A stretch of 64,000 nt of DNA, from NCBI GenBank assembly GCA_037133055.1, contig JBAXOY010000002.1, positions 2,985 to 66,984 on the forward strand. Reading direction: 5' to 3'. The notes below the pieces were generated by a model that did no database searches, was not told the DNA's origin, and worked only from the letters and a program-made list of their open reading frames with translations. The position numbers and the translations under genes are program-made. Origin of the DNA: Chlamydiota bacterium. Lineage in GTDB: Bacteria > Auribacterota > Tritonobacteria > UBA1439. Of the stretch, positions 18,001-26,000 are shown in pieces (the stretch's first letter is position 1; each line of letters opens with the position of its first letter).

Positions 18001-19286
18001 GTGCCGGTGATATGGACGGGGATGGGAGGTCCGAGCTGGCAATAACCTGCAGTGACGCCAAGGCATATCTCTTCAATTACCGGGGCGAACTGCTGCCGGG
18101 ATGGCCGCGGAGCATGAATGAGTCGTTTTCCGGAGACGCATTCTCGAACGCCGCACTGGCGGATGTGGACGGCGACGGCCGCGCGGAGGTCGTCGTCGCG
18201 GCAAGCAGCCTCATCAACAACGGAACGGAGTATATGGTGGAGCGTTGTAAAATATATGCCTTTACCATGGAGGGACAAACGCTCTCCGGATGGCCCAAGG
18301 TGCTGAAATCCTATGCCGAACCCATGAATACTCCCGCGCTCGGCGATTTCGACGGGGACGGTCTCGTGGAAATGATCGCCCTTGGCTCCGGTTTCCCGTA
18401 CAGCGAGTTATGCGTGTGGGAGCTGGACAGCGCGTATGACGATGCCGGAATGCCGTGGCCGATGCATCGTCACGACAGCTCCCGCACGGCGGGCGGCCCG
18501 CCTCTCATAGCCCTCCCGACAAGGACACCCACGGAAACGCCCACGGCAACCCCCACGCCGACCCGGACGCCGACACGAACGCCCACGCCCACTCCGACCG
18601 CGGTGCCGCACATTATTGTCAATCAGGCATGCCCGTTCACCAGCCCCGGGGAGTACGTTGAGCTCTACAACAATGGAAGCTCACAGACCAACCTCCAGGG
18701 ATGGAAGCTCAATGTTTATCAGAACGATTATATCTTCAGTGATTCAGATATAATTCCCGCGCACGGATTCTTCCTGATCTCCGACACAAGCCCGGTCAAT
18801 GGCCTCACTCCCGATGTGACATACGATATAAACATAAGTGACAACGGATCAAACAGCTACGTCCAGCTTTTGAACGCCTCCTCTGAGGTGATGGACACAG
18901 TGGGATGGGCGAGTTCCTCTCTTTACGAGGGGACACGGTTGGGAACGCTTGGAACAAATAAGGTCTGGAAACGCGTTACCGATGGATTTGACACGGACAA
19001 CAACAGCAGCGACTTCTCGCAAGTTGCCCCGAATCCCAGGAACAGTTCGTATCACCCGCCGACCGCAACTCCGACATTGACGCCCACCATAATTCCCACA
19101 CCCACGATACCACCGACGCCGACCCCCTGGGAATTCCCGAGGAGGATCAATTACCAACCTGCCGGGGCCGCGCCCGCTCCAGGATATGCGGTAGATGACG
19201 GATCCGACTATGGACCGCGCGGGGAGCATTATTACGGCTGGCGGCACTACAATGCCTCAGCCCATCCCTCGGGCGTGCCGAGGTGA
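15072..19286 (+). CDS. multidomain secreted S8 subtilisin-like peptidase with FG-GAP/VCBS-like repeats, a PT-rich linker, a lamin-tail domain, and the C-terminal NYQP...YGWR motif
   Basis: It has the catalytic triad motifs VIDTGVD, HGTHCAGTIAA and GTSMACPHVAG. There are many D.DGDGR.E integrin-like repeats. The linker is TPTETPTATPTPTRTPTRTPTPTPT. The lamin-tail-like region is NQACPFTSPGEYVELYNNG...GWKL. The tail is INYQPAGAAPAPGYAVDDGSDYGPRGEHYYGWR. Confidence 0.85.
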   Translation: MITFILAMSLFGLSLPPGNPMPRIPTPDNPQARHPLVAKVLAGDGTARYVKSGTDGKADDSRTECAPRELLVKLRDQSAQSGRNGMAAASRTYTAGALAAKYNAGARRLFPGQPRGALRSGVALSRIYKITLGNGSVPHAVADCARCPDIEWAEPNYIRTTCLTPDDTYFNASGAWGQAYRDMWGLEKIQAEQAWDISTGSSAITVAVIDTGVDYTHADIAAHIWTNTDEIPGDGLDNDGNGYIDDYRGWDFCNGDNNPIDDHGHGTHCAGTIAAVTNNATGISGICWNARIMALKFLNSGGSGTDADAAQAIVYAADNGANVLSNSWGGTGVSETLRTALRYAHDQGCVIVAAAGNSSADVRNFGPACENTVVSVAASDHADKKSSFSNWGPKIDVAAPGGSGTEADGDNRLGADILSLRAAGTDMGGDGKCIVGGNYYRARGTSMACPHVAGLAALVLSHNPAFSNEEVRQVLHRGADDIESAGWDMKTGFGRINALKSLETAAVSVSYISSPHCGDTLSSTVAINGRAFGGNFASYALECGPGSEPQSWSLIAQSAIQIMDGVLGQWDTAYAADGYYTLRLTVNNGDGTTDRYLLSVTVKNTEITSPDDGDCVKAGTIVIIRGSSIAPSFQSYVLEWGKSNAYYWPSIWKTDGISLEHGGQQPVLEGTLGSFDTSVITAPGNYLLRLRTLSGAGESKDCSNLIIDPDLRDGWPQPFERSWAGIGSEAVRWSPNVADIDGDGRAEIFVDGLYNQTAGGDSVYSFDLDGMPFSGFNQPDYDIRWVPSLADLNGDGRCEVIGGRGPGAGYFSVFQHDKTVLSGWECNLPITPFTATADLDADGHLEIVGISSGSIYVLDDRGGVLPGWPLYFGTIWELPAVGDVDDDGYQEIAFVINNAQSPAQAAVYDYTGHPLPGWPLQLGDSSYRASPALCDIDGDQDLEIAVNDSQHVYVYHHDGQPAQGWPQAVAGIVTSPSAGDMDGDGRSELAITCSDAKAYLFNYRGELLPGWPRSMNESFSGDAFSNAALADVDGDGRAEVVVAASSLINNGTEYMVERCKIYAFTMEGQTLSGWPKVLKSYAEPMNTPALGDFDGDGLVEMIALGSGFPYSELCVWELDSAYDDAGMPWPMHRHDSSRTAGGPPLIALPTRTPTETPTATPTPTRTPTRTPTPTPTAVPHIIVNQACPFTSPGEYVELYNNGSSQTNLQGWKLNVYQNDYIFSDSDIIPAHGFFLISDTSPVNGLTPDVTYDINISDNGSNSYVQLLNASSEVMDTVGWASSSLYEGTRLGTLGTNKVWKRVTDGFDTDNNSSDFSQVAPNPRNSSYHPPTATPTLTPTIIPTPTIPPTPTPWEFPRRINYQPAGAAPAPGYAVDDGSDYGPRGEHYYGWRHYNASAHPSGVPR

Positions 19287-19437
19287 AGGTGGAAGAAGGC
19301 AGAGTCCACCTTGCAGCAGAGCAGGAAACAGCGCTCTTTATCCCAACGGAGCGGCAGGCCGCTCCACTCGCAATCCTGAGCGAACGGTTCCACGTCCCAC
19401 GCCGCGTGGGTCACTGAGGACCCTGTGCGTTCCCCTA

Positions 19438-19527
19438 CTACTTCAGGCGCCGGAAGAGATCAATCCAAAATACGATGCAGGTGAAGATGACGAGAATCTT
19501 TCCGAGACTGAATAACCACGGAGTCAT
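19438..19527 (-). CDS. candidate 29-aa single-TM peptide (MTPWLFSLGKILVIFTCIVFWIDLFRRLK)
   Basis: An ATG is preceded by AAGGGAGGTG at the ideal spacing. It lies 80 nt downstream of the radical-SAM gene on the same strand. It is below the 60-aa cutoff of the ORF track. Confidence 0.3.
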   Translation of the reverse strand: MTPWLFSLGKILVIFTCIVFWIDLFRRLK

Positions 19528-19606
19528 TACGCACCTCCCTTTATTGTTGCAGTATATCAAAAGAGGCCATCGGCTCCCCAAAGAAGAAGAGGCTATCCCT
19601 CTCTGC

Positions 19607-20782
19607 TCAATATCCCATAAGACCGCAGCAACGGGCGCATATAGGAAAGAGCCCCTCTTTCTTCAGCGCCCGGCGGAAGCGGCGGTATCGCTCGTTGTTG
19701 AAGATTTTTGAGAGGGGCTGTTCACGGATGTTCCCCGCCACGAAGTCGGGGTAGTCGCGGCATGTGGCAACATCACCGTTGGGGAGGATGAGAGCCATGT
19801 AGTACGGCGCCAGGCAGCGGCGAAAGCCGAAGAGGCTGGAAGGGTTTTGGTAGTACTCCCGGATGGCGGTATCGTCGGGCAGGTTGGGGATGTAGAGATA
19901 CGGGAAGGGCCACCTGCGCTCTTCGAGGGCCCGGCGCCCGGCGATGAGGGCCTCCACGTCGATTCCCGTGGAACTGCCGCAGTATCCCCGCCACGACGTG
20001 GGCGTTTCGCCGAAGTGGCGCTCGAAGCACGCCTGATGGGCGCGGCCGATGGCCTCGTTGGTGAACCATGAATAATACACCCCGACGAAGTCGACCTTTT
20101 CTTCCGCGCAAATCTCGAAGGTTTCCGGCAGTGCGCGGGTGTTCTCCCGGTTGACGGTTATGAGCGCAACGAGGTACGGATGCATGCCCCCGCCGGCGGC
20201 CCGGGCCGAGCGCACCGCGGCAAGGCCCCGGCGGAGACGCCCGAAGGCGCCCGGCAGCCCCCGGACCCTGTCGTGGATCTCAGCGGGTCCATCGAGGCTC
20301 ACCATAAGCACCTCAAGCCCGGAGGCCACGATCCAGTCCGCGTTCTCGGCCAGGGTCGTTCCGTTGGTTACCATAGAGACAAAGAGGCCACGGGCCTTGA
20401 ATTCCTCGACCACTCGGCGTATGTCAGGGTAGAGCAGCGGCTCACCGCCCCAAATGTAGATGACGGGCCTCCACGCGGAGATCTCCTCTGCCAGCCGGGC
20501 GTAATTCTCGGCCGTGCACTCGCCGGCCCTGAGTTCTGCCACGCTCTTGCCAAGGTTATAGCCTTTTTCGCCCCACTGGGCGCACATGGCGCAGCGCATA
20601 TCGCACCGATTGGTGATCTTCAGGTCCAGTTGCATCGGGGGCAGGAAGCTCCTGCCCCCGCCGAACCAGTAATCGACGTACGACGTTGCCTTCCGACGAG
20701 CGACCCCGCGGGCCAGCAACCGTAGGAGTTCCGGTTTGGTCTTCAGGATCTTGTGGACGATGGACCAGGAGAGCCTATTCAT
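19607..20782 (-). CDS. radical SAM enzyme with a C-terminal Cys-rich SPASM/twitch-like extension
   Basis: It has the CDMRCAMC (CxxxCxxC) cluster and the GGEP-like motif IWGGEPLLY. The C-terminus carries additional cysteines (CRDYPDF, PICARCCGLMGY). There is no recognisable precursor-binding (RRE) domain. Confidence 0.8.
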   Translation of the reverse strand: MNRLSWSIVHKILKTKPELLRLLARGVARRKATSYVDYWFGGGRSFLPPMQLDLKITNRCDMRCAMCAQWGEKGYNLGKSVAELRAGECTAENYARLAEEISAWRPVIYIWGGEPLLYPDIRRVVEEFKARGLFVSMVTNGTTLAENADWIVASGLEVLMVSLDGPAEIHDRVRGLPGAFGRLRRGLAAVRSARAAGGGMHPYLVALITVNRENTRALPETFEICAEEKVDFVGVYYSWFTNEAIGRAHQACFERHFGETPTSWRGYCGSSTGIDVEALIAGRRALEERRWPFPYLYIPNLPDDTAIREYYQNPSSLFGFRRCLAPYYMALILPNGDVATCRDYPDFVAGNIREQPLSKIFNNERYRRFRRALKKEGLFPICARCCGLMGY

Positions 20783-20906
20783 TGCGTTATCTTATCACCG
20801 AGGCGTATTTCCATGCCATACATTCATCCCCGCTTTCATGCATCACCCTGAAACTTGCGTGAAAGTGATTGACAAATACCGACGTCGTTGTAAGGACAGG
20901 GGCACT

Positions 20907-20973
20907 GTCCAAATCTGGTACAAATCCTACCACTGCGTAGAACCCATGAACCTATACAACCCTTTCGATGGCA
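20907..20973. repeat. non-coding repeat family A, full-length copy (GTCCAAATCTGGTACAAATCCTACCACTGCGTAGAACCCATGAACCTATACAACCCTTTCGATGGCA)
   Basis: It lies in the AT-rich divergent intergenic region between the radical-SAM and MBL-fold genes. It is related to the copies at 32375-32425 and 32524-32574. The GGTACAAATCC core resembles a tRNA T-arm. Confidence 0.5.
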
Positions 20974-21123
20974 TACGCTCTACAGGAACGCTCTACAGGA
21001 GTAGGTGTCGAAATACCCCCCTTATGGCAAAACTTCCCCACCCCGGACAAAATTGATTTGACATTATCATGGAATAATGCTATAAGGTATTGAATACTAA
21101 TCACCTGAAATGGAGATACCTCC

Positions 21124-22329
21124 ATGATCACAAGATGTAGCGTGGTATTTTTTTCATCAGCACTTCTTATTTTTTCTGCAGCGGTTGACCCCGGATATTC
21201 TCAGAGCCTTGACATTTACTGCATTGAGGTAGGGCTTGATGATGCGCCCCCTGACACAAACGCGCAGGGTGACTCGACCCTCATTCTCTCCCCGGATGGA
21301 TCTACCCGTGTGCTGATTGACGGAGGCATGGGGAAAGAAAACGGCGCGGATTCCGTGCTCGCCTGTTTAAGCAGGGTGATACCGACGGGCGGCCTCACCG
21401 CTATGATCGCCACGCATTGGGATGCGGATCACTATCAGGGCCTTTCGGATATTGCGGATAATGTCGCCACCGGCATGCAGTATATGCCGACGACCATCTA
21501 TGATCTCGGCGATATAGGCAGCGACCCTTCATGGACGTATAAAACCACGTTCGAGGGCAGGCGGGTGACCCCCACCGTCGGGACCACGCTTGACCTCGGC
21601 GGGGGCTGCTCAATACGTTTCGTCACTATCAACGGAAACATCCTTGGCGGGGGATTCAAGGATCCGGTCGTCAATGGGGAGGACGTGAGCAATGCCCGGA
21701 GCATCGGCGTGGTCGTACGCTACGGTGGATTTGATTACCTGACCTGCGGTGACCTCGAGGGCGTAGATCTTAGCGACCCTTATTATTATGTGAATACCGA
21801 GGGACCGCTGGGGGCAGCTCTCGCTGCCGAAGGCACTCATATCGACGTGCTCCACGCAAACCACCACGGGAGTAGCCTCTCGACGATCAGCGCCTTCGTG
21901 TCGGCAATCGGCCCTGAATACGCGGTGATCTCGTGCGGCGATGGCAATACCTATGAGCATCCCACTCAGTCGGTGATAAACAGGCTGAGCGGTTTGTCCC
22001 AGATATACCTCCTCGAACAGGGGACTCCCCGGACCGGATCGAATATCACCATCGTCGGGAATGGGAATATGCCGGGCTATCCCGGCGATCCCACCGAGCA
22101 GGGGAGTTTGCATATTTCCGTCAGCGACGGCGGACGCCGGTTTACCTTTTCGAATGAAGGGCCGAATACCAACGGCTTTATCGACGGCCCCTATGATTCA
22201 AGTGAGCTGACGAGGGTGAATTTCCAGCCCGCGGCATCGTCGACGCCGAGCGGATACTACAAAGACTCCGGCGCCGCCTACTCCTCCCATGCCGGTCCCA
22301 ACGGTGCGCTGAGCTATGGGTGGCGCTGA
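21124..22329 (+). CDS. secreted metallo-beta-lactamase-fold hydrolase (ComEC-C-terminal-like) with the C-terminal VNFQP...YGWR motif
   Basis: It has a signal peptide and the MBL motif ATHWDADHYQG (HxHxDH-type), with a later HANHHG. The tail is VNFQPAASSTPSGYYKDSGAAYSSHAGPNGALSYGWR followed by a stop. Confidence 0.7.
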   Translation: MITRCSVVFFSSALLIFSAAVDPGYSQSLDIYCIEVGLDDAPPDTNAQGDSTLILSPDGSTRVLIDGGMGKENGADSVLACLSRVIPTGGLTAMIATHWDADHYQGLSDIADNVATGMQYMPTTIYDLGDIGSDPSWTYKTTFEGRRVTPTVGTTLDLGGGCSIRFVTINGNILGGGFKDPVVNGEDVSNARSIGVVVRYGGFDYLTCGDLEGVDLSDPYYYVNTEGPLGAALAAEGTHIDVLHANHHGSSLSTISAFVSAIGPEYAVISCGDGNTYEHPTQSVINRLSGLSQIYLLEQGTPRTGSNITIVGNGNMPGYPGDPTEQGSLHISVSDGGRRFTFSNEGPNTNGFIDGPYDSSELTRVNFQPAASSTPSGYYKDSGAAYSSHAGPNGALSYGWR

Positions 22330-22517
22330 TGCCCCTACGGCACTCCCCGCCCTCGCCAAGGGGCAATAATGTGCGAAGCTTCCCTGTCCTAACGACCGCA
22401 TCATGAAACCGTGATTCTGGAGGAAATGGGTAAGACTCGAGAGAGATTCACCCGAATATGACCGATGAGGAGGGAAAAAGCGCGGGAAGAAGCACCACAA
22501 CTCCTCCATCGCCTCAG

Positions 22518-22572
22518 GCCGTGAGCCCCATCCGCTGTATGTCTCTGGCACCCTGTCTCCCCCCCCTCGTAC
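22518..22572. repeat. non-coding repeat family R, copy 1 (…GCCCCATCCGCTGTATGTCTCTGGCACCCTGTCTCCCCCCCC…)
   Basis: It is about 85% identical to 32294-32349. Both copies lie just 3' of plus-strand genes. Confidence 0.5.
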
Positions 22573-22608
22573 TCGCGTAGGCAAGCGCAGATAACAACCG
22601 GCATCAGC

Positions 22609-22743
22609 TCACTTTTTCCCGCCGAAGATATTCTTGAAAAAGTCCCTTGTCGCCCTGCCGAAACCCATGAAGAAGCGGCCGGTCCCCTTGCCGGACTCTG
22701 TCCCCGCGTGACCCACCTTCTCGGCGACGTTGAATCGCTTCAT
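22609..22743 (-). CDS. candidate 44-aa Gly-rich small protein (MKRFNVAEKVGHAGTESGKGTGRFFMGFGRATRDFFKNIFGGKK)
   Basis: An ATG is preceded by AAAAAGGAGATATCGCTA, a strong ribosome-binding site. It lies in the 750-nt gap before the glucan synthase gene. It is below the ORF-track cutoff. Confidence 0.3.
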   Translation of the reverse strand: MKRFNVAEKVGHAGTESGKGTGRFFMGFGRATRDFFKNIFGGKK

Positions 22744-23076
22744 TAGCGATATCTCCTTTTTGTAAGGGGTCACGTACAGTGGGTATTTTTACCCCCCACC
22801 CCCGCCCGCCTTACCTGAGCGAGAGCGATGGCGGGCAAGCCGGCCCTCCATCCGCCAAAGGAGGACAATCCTCAAGCTTGCTCGCCTTCGGCGGGGGAGG
22901 AGGGGGATAATGTGGAAGCCCCCCAGGAGTGACCCCATGCTCCCCGGCGCGTTTTTCAACCTCTCTGCTTCCTCCCCTGTGGTAAAATTCCATTTGCGGA
23001 GGGGAGAATCACGCGAATCCGAGAAGCCGATACCCACTCCGGGGTATGCGATGTAGATAGCTCCCGATTTACAGAG

Positions 23077-26000
23077 GTGCGTGAAGCGCATATGAGTGAA
23101 CAGGCTATCTTGCTCAGTTTCTATTTGAATGATACAGACGCCGGCGAGGCATTGCGGCAGCTGCGTCATGCGCGGTTCAGGCGCTCGGTATCCATACACA
23201 AATCGGCCGAGGGGCGCATTCGCACCGACGGCAGCTCCCTGCGACACGGCGTATTCTGGGGGATTGTCAGCGGCCTGCTGTGCGGCGTTCTCGCCGGGAT
23301 AGGCATGGCGCGTCTGCCGTGGCTGTTCGGCGGCGTGGCGGGCTACCTCGCGCTGGGCATGCCGGTGCTGGCCGGGTGGGTGATCGGGTGGTTCACCATA
23401 CGCAGGGTGAGTCTCGGCCTCGACGAGAAACTGGTGGAGAATCACGCCCGCTGGCTTACGGCCGATGAGACCGTCGTCATCGTCCAGGACTTCCCGGAGG
23501 CGGTGAGCAGGGCGATCTCTCTGCTCCGGAGCACAGGGGAGAGCCAGCCCGCCATTTTCATCATTCGCCGGCAGCCCGGCGGCCCGATCGACGGTGAACC
23601 GGTCCAGGGCGAACCGTTGGCCGCCGCCCGGCTTCAACGGTATGCCCGGCGCCTCGCATCCACACACCGCGTCAAGGCGGATGTAGGGCGCGAAGAGCCC
23701 CTCCTGCGGCAACTCGGCCTGTGCGAGGAGGTCATCGAACGCGTGCGCCAGGAACTCGCTGAGGCCTCCCGCATGGAGCACACCATCTCCGCCACGGCGG
23801 AGTGGATCCTCGACAATGCCTACATCATACAGGGACAAATCGACGACGTCAGGATGCACCTGCCGAAAAAGTTCTATCACGAGCTGCCGGTCCTCGCGTC
23901 CGAACCCGGCAACGGCCAGCCGCGGATCTACCATCTCGCCGCGGAGTTGATCCAGCACGCCGACAGCTACCTGGACCGCAACAATATCAACGAATTCTTG
24001 ACGGCGTATCAATCGGTCTCGCCGCTGACGATCGGCGAGCTCTGGGCGGCGCCGCTGATGCTGCGGATCGCACTGCTTGATATCCTGCGGCGATTGACCG
24101 AGCAGATCGACCGGCGGCTGCACGAGCAGGAGCGCGCCGACTTCTGGGCCAATCGCCTGCTCACCGCGGCGAGGCGCGATCCCAATCAGTTGTTCTTCAT
24201 CCTGGCCGAATTGGCCCGTGAGCAGCCCGACCCAAGCGCGCATTTCGCCTTCCAGCTCACCGGCCCCCTGTACGATGCGGAGGCCGCGCTGGTCCCGGTC
24301 CGGAGCTGGCTGGAACGCACGCTGGGCCGCGGGCTCGGCGAGACCGTCATCCAGGGAGAGTCCCGGCAGGCTGCCGACCAGGTCTCCATCGGCAACGCGA
24401 TCACGAGCCTGAGGCAGCTCTCGAGGCTGGACTGGCGTGAGATCTTTGAGCGCCAGAGCCGGGTCGAGGCGATTTTGTGCAACGATCCGGCGGGCGTCTA
24501 TCACCGTATGGACTTCGCCACCAAGGATAGATATCGCCACGCGGTTGAGGAGATTTCCCGCGATTCGACGACGTCGGAGGAGGGTGTCGCCCAGGCCGCC
24601 GTTGAGATGGCCGGCGGGCACCCGGACCGCGCCGCGGGGGATCAGCGCCTCGGGCATGTCGGATATTACCTGATCGACGAAGGCCGTCACGCGCTTGTCT
24701 CGCAGCTGCAGGGCCATGAAAAGAGCCGGTACAGGGCGCTGCAATGGGTGTACCGTCATCACACCGTGCTCTACCTGTCGGCCATAGGATCGGCAACAGC
24801 CCTGATCATCGGCGCCATTTTCGGATACGGCGTCTGGATGACCGGGCGGGCGGGGTTGACCGCGGTCGCGGCGCTCCTCGCCCTCCTTCCGGCCAGCGAG
24901 CTCGCCATCCAGGCGGTTAATTACCTCGTGACCCGCCTTGTGCCGCCCGGGACGCTGCCGAAGATGTCGTTCGAGAAGGAGGGCATCCCCGATGAGTTCC
25001 GCACGCTGGTCGTCGTGCCGATGCTCTTTCTGGACCGCCGGACCATCCGCGAAGATCTCTACAAGCTGGAGGTCCGTTATTGCGCGAATCCGGAAGCGAA
25101 CATACTGTTCGGCCTCTTCGGGGACCTGCCCGACGCGGACACGCAGCACAAGGACACGGACGCCGGCCTGTTGCGCCAGGCCGTCGAGGGGATCACCGGC
25201 CTCAACGCGCGGTACGGCGAGGGCCGATTTTACCTGTTTCACCGCGAGCGTGAATGGGTTGAAACAGAGGGGCGATTCATAGGGTGGGAGCGCAAGCGGG
25301 GCAAGCTCGAGGAACTGAACCGGCTGTTGAACGGCGCTTCTCCCCGCGACGGACGGAAGATCGTTCACGTGGGCGATCCGCACAAGCTCGCGAACATCCG
25401 CTACGTGATCACCCTCGACAGCGACACCCAGCTGCCGCGCGCCAGCGCCCGGCGCATGATCGAAACCATTTCCCACCCGCTGAACCGCGCGAGGCTCAGC
25501 CCGGATGGCCGCATGGTCATCGGCGCCTACGGCGTCATTCAGCCGCGCATCAGCATCTCGCTGCCCAGCGCGGCGGCGACCCCCTTCAGCCGTCTGTACA
25601 CCGATCCCGTCGGCACCGACCCCTACACCAGGGCGGTGTCGGACGTGTACCAGGATCTGGCGGGCGAGGCCTCTTATCTCGGCAAGGGGATCTACGAACC
25701 GCGGATGTTTTACCGCGTTCTCGCCGGCCGGTTCCCTGAGCAGCTGCTTCTCAGCCACGACCTTATCGAGGGCGCGCATGTGAGGGTGGGGCTTGCGAGC
25801 GATATCGAACTCTACGAGGAGTTCCCCCCGGATTATATTTCCTATATAAGCCGGCAACATCGCTGGATCTGCGGCGACTGGCAGATCGCCGACTGGTGCA
25901 TGCCCCGCGTGCCGACGCCCGAGGGGACGCGCGCGCCCAATCCCCTCTCGGTGCTGAATCGGTGGAAGATATTCGACAACCTCAGGCGGAGCCTGGTGCC

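Noticed and set aside
19146-19283. Calling the shared C-terminal motif a truncated malectin / carbohydrate-binding domain
   Set aside because: There is only a faint similarity to the first roughly 30 residues of malectin-like folds. All four proteins terminate right after the motif, so a complete domain is excluded. I report it as a novel tag and not as a named domain.
20736-21056. 106-aa plus-strand ORF in the radical-SAM / MBL divergent intergenic region
   Set aside because: It overlaps the radical-SAM start and the repeat-A element. It lies in an AT-rich promoter region and has no RBS or motif.
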